Shown: positions 17,279-27,036, counted from the stretch's first letter. The stretch is DNA of 42,702 nucleotides from an uncultured Candidatus Saccharibacteria bacterium (GCA_964470485.1 CAYYCT010000003.1:1-42702); one strand, 5' to 3'. The notes: generated by a model not told the origin, from the letters alone. Program-made: numbers and translations.

Positions 17279-18352
17279 ATGACAACAAACACAGAAGTTA
17301 TTGCACCGTACGCAGTAGGCGCAATTATTTTTAAAGAAGAGGACATCGTTGAGGGGGTAATCGTTGCTATTGAAAAATCAGCACTCTATGTAGATTTGGG
17401 TGTTGCTGGAACCGGTATCATTTATGGTATCGAATTTATGAATGCGCGCGATGTTATTAAGCGTATCAATATTGGAGACACTATTTCAGCAAAAATTGTT
17501 CTTCGTGAAAATAAAAATGGTTATGTGGAACTTTCTCTCAAGGAAGCTCGACAGGCTCTTATGTGGAATGATGCAGAGCAAGCTATCAAAGATAAGCGTA
17601 TTATGGATCTTGTGGTAAAAGATGCTAATAAAGGAGGACTCATCATTGAATGGCAAGGTATGTCAGGATTCCTGCCTGCTTCTCAACTTAAAGAAGATAA
17701 GTACCCACGTATTGAGGACGGCGATAAGGACAAAATCCTTCGCGAGTTGAAGAAACTTATTGGTAAACGTATCTCCGTTTCTATTATTAGCGCTATTCCA
17801 AAAGAAGGTAAGCTTATCTTCTCAGAAAAAGATGGTGGAACAAAAGAGGTTAAAGATGTATCTCTTGGTAACTATGGCATTGGAGATGAGGTAGAGGGTG
17901 TTGTTACTGGAGTTGTAGAGTTTGGTATCTTCGTCAAACTATCTGATGGCGTAGAAGGACTTGTACATAAGAGTGAAATCGACTGGGGACTTGTAGAAGA
18001 CACCAAGACACACGCTCGTGTTGGAGATAAAGTTCGTGCGAAGATTATCGAAATAAAAGATAATAAAATCTCTCTTTCACTCAAAGCTCTCAAAGAAAAT
18101 CCTTGGAAGGAGGCTGCCAAAAAATACAAGAAAGGTGATGAGGTAGCTGGTGTTGTCATCAAATTCAATAAACACGGCGCACTTATCTCTATTGAAGAAG
18201 GAGTTGCTGGACTTGTACATGTTTCTGATTTTGGAGATGAAGCGGCACTTCGTTCAACACTTTCACTTGGCATGAGTTACAAATTTACTATCACTCTCTT
18301 TGACGCAAACGAGGAAAGAATGACACTCAGTTACGGAGAAAAGAAAGCATAA
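17279..18352 (+). CDS. rpsA: 30S ribosomal protein S1 (four S1 domains, 357 aa)
   Basis: Four repeats of the S1 OB-fold pattern (G..V.G.V..I....v.V.L..g..G..h.SE). Start taken at ATG 17279 rather than the tracked GTG 17261. Confidence 0.8.
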   Translation: MTTNTEVIAPYAVGAIIFKEEDIVEGVIVAIEKSALYVDLGVAGTGIIYGIEFMNARDVIKRINIGDTISAKIVLRENKNGYVELSLKEARQALMWNDAEQAIKDKRIMDLVVKDANKGGLIIEWQGMSGFLPASQLKEDKYPRIEDGDKDKILRELKKLIGKRISVSIISAIPKEGKLIFSEKDGGTKEVKDVSLGNYGIGDEVEGVVTGVVEFGIFVKLSDGVEGLVHKSEIDWGLVEDTKTHARVGDKVRAKIIEIKDNKISLSLKALKENPWKEAAKKYKKGDEVAGVVIKFNKHGALISIEEGVAGLVHVSDFGDEAALRSTLSLGMSYKFTITLFDANEERMTLSYGEKKA

Positions 18353-18380
18353 GTAGGTTATAGAAAATACAACACATATC

Positions 18381-18424
18381 AAAATACATACGCGCCGCCC
18401 GAAGGGCGGCGCGTATGTATTTTT
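18381..18424. terminator. bidirectional hairpin terminator
   Basis: AAAATACATACGCGCCGCCC-GAA-GGGCGGCGCGTATGTATTTT: perfect 20-bp arms between convergent rpsA and the kinase-like gene. Confidence 0.7.
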
Positions 18425-18432
18425 ATTATTAC

Positions 18433-19428
18433 TCAAACCAGATAGTCCTTTTTCTTTCTACCCACATAATAAGTCAACCCGGATTGAACTATTGAAAATA
18501 TTCCGTGTATGTTTTCTTTATTACGCGAAACAATCAGATTTTCATTTTTACCAAATTTAATAGTAATTTGATCGTCTTCGCTAGGCGGGTTCCTCTCGAG
18601 TAATTCTTTTACCTCTTGTATTATTACTGAAGAATAATGGACTTTAATGTTCTGATCAAAATAATATTCTTCGCTAGTTAATGGTAGTTGCTCAAACTGA
18701 GCAGGTTTTATTGCTCTTATTTTTTCTAAACCAAAAAATATCTCGTCATATTTAGCCCAATCATCTTCTGTATGATCACGCCATTTAGATTCATTGTCTT
18801 TATCTAAAATAACTGACCTCCCAAAATCAATAACATAGGGCAAACCAGACTCTAAATCAATCATGACATTTCTAGGGTAAAGGTCTTGGTGTGCCACCCC
18901 TCTTTCTTTATGCATTGCATCAATAAAATCTTCTAAGGCTTTATAAAATAACTCGTAGTCAAAACCATCTGGCAACTCTTTTGTGCCGTTAAAAACATGT
19001 TGTAAATTAACTGCCTCTAACTTTTCCATAATAATAATTGCTGTATCCCCTGTTTCAATACACATTTCTGCAACCGGAGCTCTACAGCCCAGACGACTAA
19101 GCCCGTGAAGCCTTTCCATTATTTGAAACTCTTGAAGCGGAGTCCTTCCTAAATTAAACATATCTGAGTTTTTAGACAAATGTCTATTTTTCATTATCTT
19201 CAAACATCCCCCATTTCGATCTCCAAGGTCATATACCTTACCTGCCCCACCATGATCAATATAATTATCATTATCCTCAACAAGATGAGCTAGGTACTCG
19301 AGATACTTTTTTGCATTATTTTCAGCTTCGCTTTCATGGCCAGAATAAACAAAATCTTCAAAAAAAACCGTAGATATTCTGTTAGGCTCACCTTTTTCTC
19401 CTTCTATTGAAATTTCAGTTTTAAACAT
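18433..19428 (-). CDS. protein kinase-like fold protein (331 aa)
   Basis: Gly-rich loop GGAGKVYDL, candidate VAIK-type lysine in CLKIMK, catalytic loop HQDLYPRNVMI and DFG motif VIDFGRS. No TM or sensor domain seen. Confidence 0.65.
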   Translation of the reverse strand: MFKTEISIEGEKGEPNRISTVFFEDFVYSGHESEAENNAKKYLEYLAHLVEDNDNYIDHGGAGKVYDLGDRNGGCLKIMKNRHLSKNSDMFNLGRTPLQEFQIMERLHGLSRLGCRAPVAEMCIETGDTAIIIMEKLEAVNLQHVFNGTKELPDGFDYELFYKALEDFIDAMHKERGVAHQDLYPRNVMIDLESGLPYVIDFGRSVILDKDNESKWRDHTEDDWAKYDEIFFGLEKIRAIKPAQFEQLPLTSEEYYFDQNIKVHYSSVIIQEVKELLERNPPSEDDQITIKFGKNENLIVSRNKENIHGIFSIVQSGLTYYVGRKKKDYLV

Positions 19429-19442
19429 ATAAATACAGGATA

Positions 19443-19973
19443 TTAATTATACACCTCCATTGCCTTCATATACCCATCTTTCACGATCGTCTGTATTGCA
19501 CCAAGTACGCGACTAGCAATTGCGCGTACCATTTTTTCTTCTTCTTCTTTAATTGCCCCCAAGACATATCCTTGCACCATATCTCCGTGAGGAGCTTTAA
19601 TTTCCTTACCGTCAACCTCTGGTGGGGCAATACCGATACGAATACGAATAAAATCTTTTTTCCCAAGCGCAGCAATAATACTCTTAACCCCATTGTGTCC
19701 ACCATCTCCCCTATCATACGAAATACGAAATACTCCATACGGTAAATCCTTATCATCATACATAACCATAATATCTCTCCCCTCATGATATTTAAGATAT
19801 TCCAAAACAGCACGACCACTATCGTTCATAAAAGTACTAGGCACCATAATCTCACAATTTTCTATCCTCATAACATCATCTTTAATCATTGCAAGAAGTA
19901 CTCTAGCGATATTATGACGGGTATTGGCATATTTGCTCCCCGGATTACCAAGCGGAACTAAGGTGTACATCAT
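19443..19973 (-). CDS. pth: peptidyl-tRNA hydrolase
   Basis: MMYTLVPLGNPGSKYANTRHN.. and ..DDKDLPYGVFRISYDRGDGGHNGVKSI. Start taken at Met54 of the tracked ORF. Confidence 0.85.
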   Translation of the reverse strand: MMYTLVPLGNPGSKYANTRHNIARVLLAMIKDDVMRIENCEIMVPSTFMNDSGRAVLEYLKYHEGRDIMVMYDDKDLPYGVFRISYDRGDGGHNGVKSIIAALGKKDFIRIRIGIAPPEVDGKEIKAPHGDMVQGYVLGAIKEEEEKMVRAIASRVLGAIQTIVKDGYMKAMEVYN

Positions 19974-20178
19974 CACAATAGTATACAGCAGATATGAGAC
20001 TGTTTCACTTACAGATAACAGAACACAGATGATACATGTTGAATACTCTTTTTTCATGTACCATTCATAACTCCTGTCACCTGTTATTTGCATTATCTGT
20101 TGTCTGTCGTCTGTTCTCTGTAATCCATTCAAGGAATTCTTGCATCTCTCAAAACAAATCTATATACTGAGACTCACA

Positions 20179-20904
20179 ATGTTTTCTTCTATTGCAAATG
20201 TCATCATTAGTTCATTTTCTGACATGACCCAGAATCCGGTTTCGATAACTATCTTCGGAATTCTTTCACTTGTTATTCTTTCACTCATACTAGCAATCTT
20301 CTCTCCCAACACTCGTGATGTGCTTGTTCGCATAAAACTTCTTGAAGAAGACGAGGAGCCCTCTTCTCTCCTTTTTTGGATTATTGGGATAATCATTTTA
20401 GTAAAAATTGTACAAGCATTCCTCATTCAACCTTTCATTGTTGATGGAGCGTCGATGCTTCCGACATACCACAATCAAGAATTTTTACTGGTTGATAAGC
20501 TTTCTTATCACATAAGGACCCCCTCCCGAGGAGATGTCATTATCTTCAAGCTTTACGAGAATAATAATCCGTACAATGGAAAATACTTAATTAAACGCGT
20601 TATTGGCCTCCCTGGAGAACAAGTTATTATTAAGCGTGGAGTGACAACTGTTTATAATAAAGAAAACCCTAATGGTTTTATCCTTGATGAACCATACGTT
20701 GAATACAAAGATTTCCAAAAAGATGTCACCCTGACACTTGATGATCATCATTATTTTGTCATGGGGGATAATCGCGCCCAGAGTTACGATAGTCGTGACT
20801 GGGGAGCACTTGATACTATTAATATCAAAGGACAAGTACTCTTCCGAATCTATCCTTTTAAGCAAGCCGGGTACGAACCAGGAAGGTATACTTTTATAAA
20901 ATAG
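20179..20904 (+). CDS. lepB: signal peptidase I
   Basis: Catalytic Ser box VDGASMLPTY, KRVIGLPGE, and GDNRAQSYDSRDWG. An N-terminal TM is present. The start is ambiguous (20179 or 20224). Confidence 0.85.
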   Translation: MFSSIANVIISSFSDMTQNPVSITIFGILSLVILSLILAIFSPNTRDVLVRIKLLEEDEEPSSLLFWIIGIIILVKIVQAFLIQPFIVDGASMLPTYHNQEFLLVDKLSYHIRTPSRGDVIIFKLYENNNPYNGKYLIKRVIGLPGEQVIIKRGVTTVYNKENPNGFILDEPYVEYKDFQKDVTLTLDDHHYFVMGDNRAQSYDSRDWGALDTINIKGQVLFRIYPFKQAGYEPGRYTFIK

Positions 20905-20946
20905 AATGTAACCGTATCATACAATCACAAACCAAGCACCAGTTAT

Positions 20947-22254
20947 ATGAATGAAAACGAAAAACAATCCAAGAAAGAAGCTCCGATGTCGCTCAAAGGA
21001 ATGGAAGACTTACTTGATGAGAGATACTACGCATTTCAAGGTCTTTTTGAAAAAGCCCAGGAGATTGCTGTCTACTATGGATTCAAGCCAATAGAAACTC
21101 CAGTTCTTGAACATGAAGACGTTTTTGTCTCTGCGATTGGTGAGGGAACGGATATTATCGATAAGGAAATGTACACCCTCAAAACAAAAGGTGGGGACCG
21201 TCTTGCGATGCGACCAGAATATACAGCTGGGGTCATGCGAGCCTACCTTGAGCACGGAATGCAGACACTTCCTCAGCCAGTAATGCTCTACTCGTACGGC
21301 CAAACATACCGCCATGACAAACCACAGCGAGGACGCTGGCGACAGTTTAGACAATTTAACCTTGAAATTCTCGGAACATCAAAATCAATTGCCGACGCAC
21401 TTATCATTCGTACACTTACCACTATTCTTGAAGAATACGGTTTCAAAGATCTTATTGTCGACATCAACTCTATGGGAGATAAAGAGACTCGCCCTCTTTT
21501 TATTAAAGAACTAACCAACTATTATAAAAAACATTTGGATGGTCTCTGTAAAGATTGCCATGAACGCATTAAGACTAATCCTCTTCGTCTGCTTGACTGC
21601 AAACAAGAAGGCTGCCAACCATTAAAAGATAATGCGCCGTCATCTATTTCATTCCTTTCGAATGATGCACGAAACCATTTTAAGGAAGTGCTTCAGTATC
21701 TTGAGGAAATGGGTATACAGTACCGAGTCACTAATTCTCTTGTTCGTGGTCAAAGTTATTATACAAGAACAGTATTCGAAGTTATCAAGATTGATGCTGA
21801 TGAACATGGTAATGAAAAAGAGATATCAATTACTGGAGGTGGTCGCTATGATAATCTTGCTCGTATGATGGGTAGCAAAAAAGATGTCCCTGCCGTTGGG
21901 ACCGGACTTAGTATGGAACGTATTATGATGTTCCCAGAGTGTAAGCATATTGCGCCTCGAATTATGAAGACTCCTAAGGTGTATTTCATCCAGCTTGGCT
22001 TCGAAGCAAAACTAAAAAGTCTCTGTATCATGGAAACATTGAGAAAGAATCGTATTCCTGTGTACCAGTCAATTTCAAAAGACTCTCTTGGCGCCCAACT
22101 CTCATCAGCAGAAAAAATGGAGGTGCCATACTGCATTATTTTTGGACAAAAAGAAGCAATGGATAATACCGTTATTGTCAGACACATGGGCACACGCTCA
22201 CAGGACACAGTAAAGATAGATGCGCTTAGTGATTATATTAAACATTTGAAGTAA
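20947..22254 (+). CDS. hisS: histidine--tRNA ligase
   Basis: Class II motifs: LAMRPEYTAGVMRAY, YSYGQTYRHDKPQRGRWRQFRQFNLEILG, GGGRYDNL, plus a C-terminal anticodon-binding domain. Confidence 0.9.
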   Translation: MNENEKQSKKEAPMSLKGMEDLLDERYYAFQGLFEKAQEIAVYYGFKPIETPVLEHEDVFVSAIGEGTDIIDKEMYTLKTKGGDRLAMRPEYTAGVMRAYLEHGMQTLPQPVMLYSYGQTYRHDKPQRGRWRQFRQFNLEILGTSKSIADALIIRTLTTILEEYGFKDLIVDINSMGDKETRPLFIKELTNYYKKHLDGLCKDCHERIKTNPLRLLDCKQEGCQPLKDNAPSSISFLSNDARNHFKEVLQYLEEMGIQYRVTNSLVRGQSYYTRTVFEVIKIDADEHGNEKEISITGGGRYDNLARMMGSKKDVPAVGTGLSMERIMMFPECKHIAPRIMKTPKVYFIQLGFEAKLKSLCIMETLRKNRIPVYQSISKDSLGAQLSSAEKMEVPYCIIFGQKEAMDNTVIVRHMGTRSQDTVKIDALSDYIKHLK

Positions 22255-22349
22255 AGAAGACCTCATCAAATCCTTGCTTGATATAACTCTTTTCTCTGTT
22301 GTTAAGAATTTGCTAACTACTCAATCTCGTGATATAATTACCCCCACAT

Positions 22350-22598
22350 ATGTCAAACGTTAATGTAGAAGTTAAAAGAAACGCAAGCGAAAACGCTCTT
22401 TCTCTTGTTCGCCGCTTTCAGAAGCGAGTACAGGAGTCCGGGGTCCTTCCACGTGTTAGAGGTATTCGTTATAATGATCGTCCACTATCAGAACTCAAAA
22501 CAAAGCGAGCTAAACTTAAGAAATTGAAGAATATCGCTAAGTATGAGGAAGACAAGCGAATGGGAAAGGTAATCGAACGAAAGAAAGGTCGAAAATAA
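22350..22598 (+). CDS. rpsU: 30S ribosomal protein S21
   Basis: VEVKRNASENALSLVRRFQKRVQESGVLPRVRGIRYNDRP and a basic tail. Confidence 0.8.
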   Translation: MSNVNVEVKRNASENALSLVRRFQKRVQESGVLPRVRGIRYNDRPLSELKTKRAKLKKLKNIAKYEEDKRMGKVIERKKGRK

Positions 22599-22603
22599 TA
22601 CAC

Positions 22604-22637
22604 AAAGTAAGGAGCGCTCTAAGGCGCTCCTTACTTT
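22604..22637 (+). terminator. hairpin terminator after rpsU
   Basis: AAAGTAAGGAGCGC-TCTAAG-GCGCTCCTTACTTT. Confidence 0.6.
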
Positions 22638-22657
22638 AGACTAAAACAGATACTTGT

Positions 22658-23056
22658 ATGGCACTACTAGAACTCAACAACCTAACGGTTATCCGTAAAA
22701 ATGGAGCTCTACCAAAAATACCCTACCTTAAAATAAAAAATACACTTCTTGGTGCAGACTATTCGTTAACGATTGTTTTTTGCTCTCCATTAGAATCACA
22801 AGAAAGAAATAAGCTCTACCGAGATAAAGATTATCCAACCAATATCCTCTCGTTTCCTCTTGAAAAGAATGAGGGGGAAATATACGTTTCACTCTCTGTT
22901 GCACGACGTGATGCAAAAAATTTTAACCTATCATATCAAGAATTTCTCCATCTTCTTGTTATTCATGGCATGTTACATTTGAAAGGACACGCTCATGGTA
23001 GTACAATGGAGGAGTTAGAACAAACATATTGTAAAAAATTTTTCCGTGGCAAATAA
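22658..23056 (+). CDS. ybeY: rRNA maturation endoribonuclease YbeY
   Basis: Metal-binding motif HLLVIHGMLHLKGHAH (HxxxHxxxxxH). 132 aa. Confidence 0.8.
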   Translation: MALLELNNLTVIRKNGALPKIPYLKIKNTLLGADYSLTIVFCSPLESQERNKLYRDKDYPTNILSFPLEKNEGEIYVSLSVARRDAKNFNLSYQEFLHLLVIHGMLHLKGHAHGSTMEELEQTYCKKFFRGK

Positions 23057-23066
23057 ATCGAAAGAC

Positions 23067-24215
23067 ATGATTGTCGGTATAGACATAGGATCGGGCAACC
23101 TCCGTGCAGTCGGAGCTATTCGTCATGAGAATTCAAAATACCCTGTTGTTGTCGGTACGTTCAAGAAATCAATTGAAGGAGTAGACCGCGGAAACATACT
23201 TGATGAACAAGAAGTAGCAAATGCTGTGAATGACGCTATCATTTCACTTGAAGAACAGTCTGGTCTTAGCGCGCGACACACCCTTATTTCACTTGGAGCA
23301 ATCGGTCTTTCCTCACACCACACAAGTGGTTATGCTCAAGTATCAAGAGGAGATGCTTCTGTGACTGACCTTGATATTGAAAACGCAATAAAAGACGGCA
23401 ATCGTTCTATTCCCGATATACGCAATAAATCAATCATACACGCTATACCAATGGACTATAAAGTCGATGGTAATAAAATACAAGGAGGAATCATAGGGGT
23501 TCGTGGTAATAAACTCGAAGCAAAAACACTTTTTGTTACCTACCCCCTTCAATGTATGAATGTCCTAAAAAGGACAATCGATAATGCCGAGATTCGTGTC
23601 ACCGATATTGTTGCTGGCCCAATTGCTGAAAGTATCCCCTTGCTCACCAAAAAACAAAAAATTGCAGGCGTTGCACTCATCAACATTGGCCAAGCAGTTA
23701 CATCGCTTCTCGTGTATGAAAAAAATATTCCTCTTCTTGTTTCAACTATTGCTGTTGGTGGTGATGACATCACAAAAGATATTGCTCTGGGTATGAAAAT
23801 TACACTTGAAGAAGCTGAAGAAGTGAAGTGTGGTAGAACAATCAACGCTTATTCAAAAAGAAGGGTTGAGGAAATCATTGAAGCTCGCCTGGAAGATCTG
23901 TGTATGAAAATAACAAGAGAGCTTGCTCGTATACAACGATCCGAACTTCTTCCTGCAGGAATTATTGTTTGTGGGTCATCATCACTTGTTCCTCGTCTTG
24001 AATTTATTTTTAGAAATGAATTACGCCTCCCTATAAAAATAGTAAGCAATGAACTTGTAAGAATTACTGGTGACACGCTACGAGATAGTGGTTGGGCAAG
24101 AAGTTACGGACTTACATTCTTAGCGCCAACAGATACAGAAAAAGATGTATTTAAGGAGCTTTTAACACTATTTTTCACTCGTGTCAAAAAAGTGTTTTCT
24201 CAGTTTTTACCTTAG
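23067..24215 (+). CDS. ftsA: cell division protein FtsA
   Basis: Actin-like ATPase N-terminus MIVGIDIGSGNLRAVGA; ..LINIGQAVTSLLVY..; GGDDITKDIA. Upstream of ftsZ. ATG 23067 is preferred over the tracked GTG 23046, which overlaps ybeY. Confidence 0.8.
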   Translation: MIVGIDIGSGNLRAVGAIRHENSKYPVVVGTFKKSIEGVDRGNILDEQEVANAVNDAIISLEEQSGLSARHTLISLGAIGLSSHHTSGYAQVSRGDASVTDLDIENAIKDGNRSIPDIRNKSIIHAIPMDYKVDGNKIQGGIIGVRGNKLEAKTLFVTYPLQCMNVLKRTIDNAEIRVTDIVAGPIAESIPLLTKKQKIAGVALINIGQAVTSLLVYEKNIPLLVSTIAVGGDDITKDIALGMKITLEEAEEVKCGRTINAYSKRRVEEIIEARLEDLCMKITRELARIQRSELLPAGIIVCGSSSLVPRLEFIFRNELRLPIKIVSNELVRITGDTLRDSGWARSYGLTFLAPTDTEKDVFKELLTLFFTRVKKVFSQFLP

Positions 24216-24320
24216 ATAATAAGGCTTTTTTAGAAAATTTATCAAAAAAAACGACCTTTGCAAAAATACCCTGTAGTTGGTATAGTTGTTGTATAGTAAT
24301 GTAATGACCAAAAATCCTAT

Positions 24321-25577
24321 ATGGCAAAAGTAAACCCGGAAATTGAAAGCTTCGCACGCATCAAAGTAATTGGTATTGGAGGGTCAGGAAAAGGCGCACT
24401 CAACCACATGATTAACTCCAAACTTCAAGGAGTTGAGTTCATTGCGATGAACACCGACACACAAGACCTTCACCATTCTCTTGCTGAGAAAAAAATTCAC
24501 ATTGGTAAAAATCTTACCAAAGGACTTGGTGCTGGTATGGACCCAGAAGTCGGTAAGCGTAGCGCAGAGGAAACACGTGAGGAAATTCAAGATGTTATCA
24601 AGGGAGCTGACATGGTATTCATCGCAGGAGGTATGGGTGGAGGTACGGGAACAGGCGCAGCGCCTGTTGTTGCTGCGGTTGCAAAAAATGAAGGGATACT
24701 TACTATTGGGGTCGTTACTAAACCATTCTTTTTTGAAGGGGCATCTCGTATGAAGTTAGCAGAACGTGGTCTTGAAGAACTTGAAAAGGAAGTTGATGCA
24801 CTTATTGTTATTCCAAACGACAGACTTCTTTCTGTTATTGATAAAAATACAACTGTAAAACAGGCCTTTGAAATGTGTGACGAAGTACTCAAGCAAGCCG
24901 TCGAAGGTATATCAGATATTATTAGAACGGCTGGTACTATCAATCTCGATTTTGCTGATATTAAAAGAATTCTCAAAGATTCTGGTACCGCACTTATGGG
25001 GGTTGGTCGTGGTATGGGAGAGAACCGTGCACGCGAAGCAGCAACTGCTGCTGTAAACTCCCCTCTTCTTGACGTATCGATCCATGGAGCAAAAGGTGTC
25101 CTCTTCGCTATCTATGGAGCAGAAGATCTTGGAATGTTCGAAGTACAGGAGGCAGCGAAGATTATCACTGAATCAGTTGATAAGGATGCAAAAATTATCT
25201 TTGGTATTGCGACTGATTCAACACTCAAGAAAGATGAAATTAAAGTTACTGTCATTGCAACAGGCTTTCCAAGTGGTTTCTCTACACGAAATAATACTCT
25301 CCCTCTTCTTACAAATATTCACGAAGAATCAGTCAAGGAAACACCTCTTCATCCAGAACCTCGTACTGAAAAAAAGGAAACTATCCGAGAATCTATTGCT
25401 CAATCAGTAGACGAGAACCGTATCGACAATGAACTTCAAGAAGGAGAAACTAAAATTATTGAGGACGCTAAGAAAACAACTCCACTACAATCTACAAAAA
25501 AACCAGTTTTTAAATTTGATGAAGAAGATGACGATGAATGGGAAGCGCTACCTCCATTTTTAAGGAGAAAGAAATAA
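24321..25577 (+). CDS. ftsZ: cell division protein FtsZ
   Basis: IKVIGIGGSGKGALNHM and the tubulin signature GGMGGGTGTGAAPVVA. The linker is acidic and the C-terminal peptide is DDDEWEALPPFLRRKK. Confidence 0.95.
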   Translation: MAKVNPEIESFARIKVIGIGGSGKGALNHMINSKLQGVEFIAMNTDTQDLHHSLAEKKIHIGKNLTKGLGAGMDPEVGKRSAEETREEIQDVIKGADMVFIAGGMGGGTGTGAAPVVAAVAKNEGILTIGVVTKPFFFEGASRMKLAERGLEELEKEVDALIVIPNDRLLSVIDKNTTVKQAFEMCDEVLKQAVEGISDIIRTAGTINLDFADIKRILKDSGTALMGVGRGMGENRAREAATAAVNSPLLDVSIHGAKGVLFAIYGAEDLGMFEVQEAAKIITESVDKDAKIIFGIATDSTLKKDEIKVTVIATGFPSGFSTRNNTLPLLTNIHEESVKETPLHPEPRTEKKETIRESIAQSVDENRIDNELQEGETKIIEDAKKTTPLQSTKKPVFKFDEEDDDEWEALPPFLRRKK

Positions 25578-25629
25578 TTAAAAAATGCCTATCAGTGATA
25601 GGCATTTTTTAATTATTTCTTTCTCCTTA
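25561..25629. terminator. 69-nt perfect hairpin (33-bp arms, 3-nt loop) spanning the ftsZ stop codon
   Basis: TAAGGAGAAAGAAATAATTAAAAAATGCCTATC-AGT-GATAGGCATTTTTTAATTATTTCTTTCTCCTTA. The left arm includes the last 5 ftsZ codons and the TAA. Confidence 0.6.
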
Positions 25630-25693
25630 TGGTTTTATCACTTATGCTATACTCTCTTGTATCTCATTAGTAACTAGTAACGAATAATCTTTT

Positions 25694-26602
25694 ATGTACG
25701 ACCTAATTATCATCGGAGGAGGGCCTGCTGGATCAGCTGCTGCTGTGTATGCCGCACGTAAACAATTGAAAACACTTCTCATTGTTAAAGAATGGGGAGG
25801 ACAATCAACAGTCTCAGAAGATATACAAAACTGGATAGGCACACCCCATATCTCTGGTATGGATTTGGCTAAATCACTTCGTGCACATGTAGAGGAATAC
25901 AAAGGAGACATTCTTACCATCCTTGAGAGTGAGGTCTCTCATATTAGTGGTGCGGAAGGAGATTTTACTGTAACAACAGAAAAAGGCGGCCAAACTTCCA
26001 AGACAATTCTTATTGCGACAGGCTCGGTACGTCGTCGCTTAGAAGTGCCTGGTGCCGATATTTTGGAGCACAAAGGTCTTACCTACTGCGCATCATGTGA
26101 TGGACCTCTTTTTGGGGGAATGGATGTAGTTGTCGTTGGTGGTGGTAATGCGGGGTTTGAATCTGCAGCACAACTTCTCGCCTACTGTAAAAGTGTCACA
26201 TTACTTTCGCGTAGTGCACCTCGCGCTGATGCTATTACTGTAGAAAAATTAAAATTGAACCAAAAGTTTACTCTTATTGAAAATGCAATTCCTACAAAAG
26301 TAGATGGTTCAATGTTTGTAGAATCAATCTCTTACAAACAAAATGATGATGAAGAAGTAACACTTTCTGTTTCTGCGGTATTCGTAGAAATCGGCCAGAT
26401 TCCAGCAACATCATTTGCAACAGATATTGTTGCCATGACACCTACAAACAACATTGTCATAAACCCACGAACTCAAGAAACAAGTACAAAAGGTATATGG
26501 GCAGCAGGAGACTGTACTGATGTTCTCTATCATCAGAACAACATTGCAGCTGGTGATGCTGTGCGAGCACTTGAGGATATCTATCTTCATCTACACGCAT
26601 AA
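25694..26602 (+). CDS. trxB: thioredoxin-disulfide reductase
   Basis: FAD motif YDLIIIGGGPAGSAAAVYA, redox CxxC CASCDG, NADPH motif VVVVGGGNAGFESA, and GIWAAGDC. Confidence 0.85.
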   Translation: MYDLIIIGGGPAGSAAAVYAARKQLKTLLIVKEWGGQSTVSEDIQNWIGTPHISGMDLAKSLRAHVEEYKGDILTILESEVSHISGAEGDFTVTTEKGGQTSKTILIATGSVRRRLEVPGADILEHKGLTYCASCDGPLFGGMDVVVVGGGNAGFESAAQLLAYCKSVTLLSRSAPRADAITVEKLKLNQKFTLIENAIPTKVDGSMFVESISYKQNDDEEVTLSVSAVFVEIGQIPATSFATDIVAMTPTNNIVINPRTQETSTKGIWAAGDCTDVLYHQNNIAAGDAVRALEDIYLHLHA

Positions 26603-26679
26603 AAGTTTTAACAATACATTAGAATATTAAGAGCAATACAGTTGAATATAAAGTAAGGTACCATATTTTTGTATTGCTC

Positions 26680-27036
26680 TTACGTATTACGTTTGTTGTT
26701 TGATTTTTTGCCTGGTAATGTGGCCACACTTAATGCTACATCCAGCCACTCCTCTCGACTTTGTTTATTTTCATATACATCAGGGGGAACAACATAGTAA
26801 TATAAATGAGCATCTTCCCCTTCTTTCGTATAGGTAAATTGTTTTGATCTTCTTTCTAAATACCAAGGAGCTAATTCTTTTGAACCTTTAAAATAAAGCT
26901 CTTCATCCTCAACGATAGCAAAAGCCTTTCCTTCGTAATAGAGAATATGTGCGCCCATCATAGATCTAGCGGTAATAGGCTCACCCTCACCAAATATGTC
27001 ATATAAGATATACTCCAAAAATGGCGTAGTTTTCAT
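26680..27036 (-). CDS. TfoX N-terminal domain-like protein (118 aa)
   Basis: The pattern ARSMMGAHILYYEGKAFAIVEDEELYFKGS..FTYTKEGEDAHLYYYVVPPDV matches the TfoX_N consensus as I recall it (MFGG.GLY..G..FA.i.dd.LYLK...F.Y.r.gk...lsYy.vP). Confidence 0.55.
   Translation of the reverse strand: MKTTPFLEYILYDIFGEGEPITARSMMGAHILYYEGKAFAIVEDEELYFKGSKELAPWYLERRSKQFTYTKEGEDAHLYYYVVPPDVYENKQSREEWLDVALSVATLPGKKSNNKRNT

Noticed and set aside
25642-25920. 92-aa minus-strand ORF after the ftsZ hairpin.
   Set aside because: It is antisense to the well-supported trxB N-terminus (FAD-binding motif) and has no start signals.
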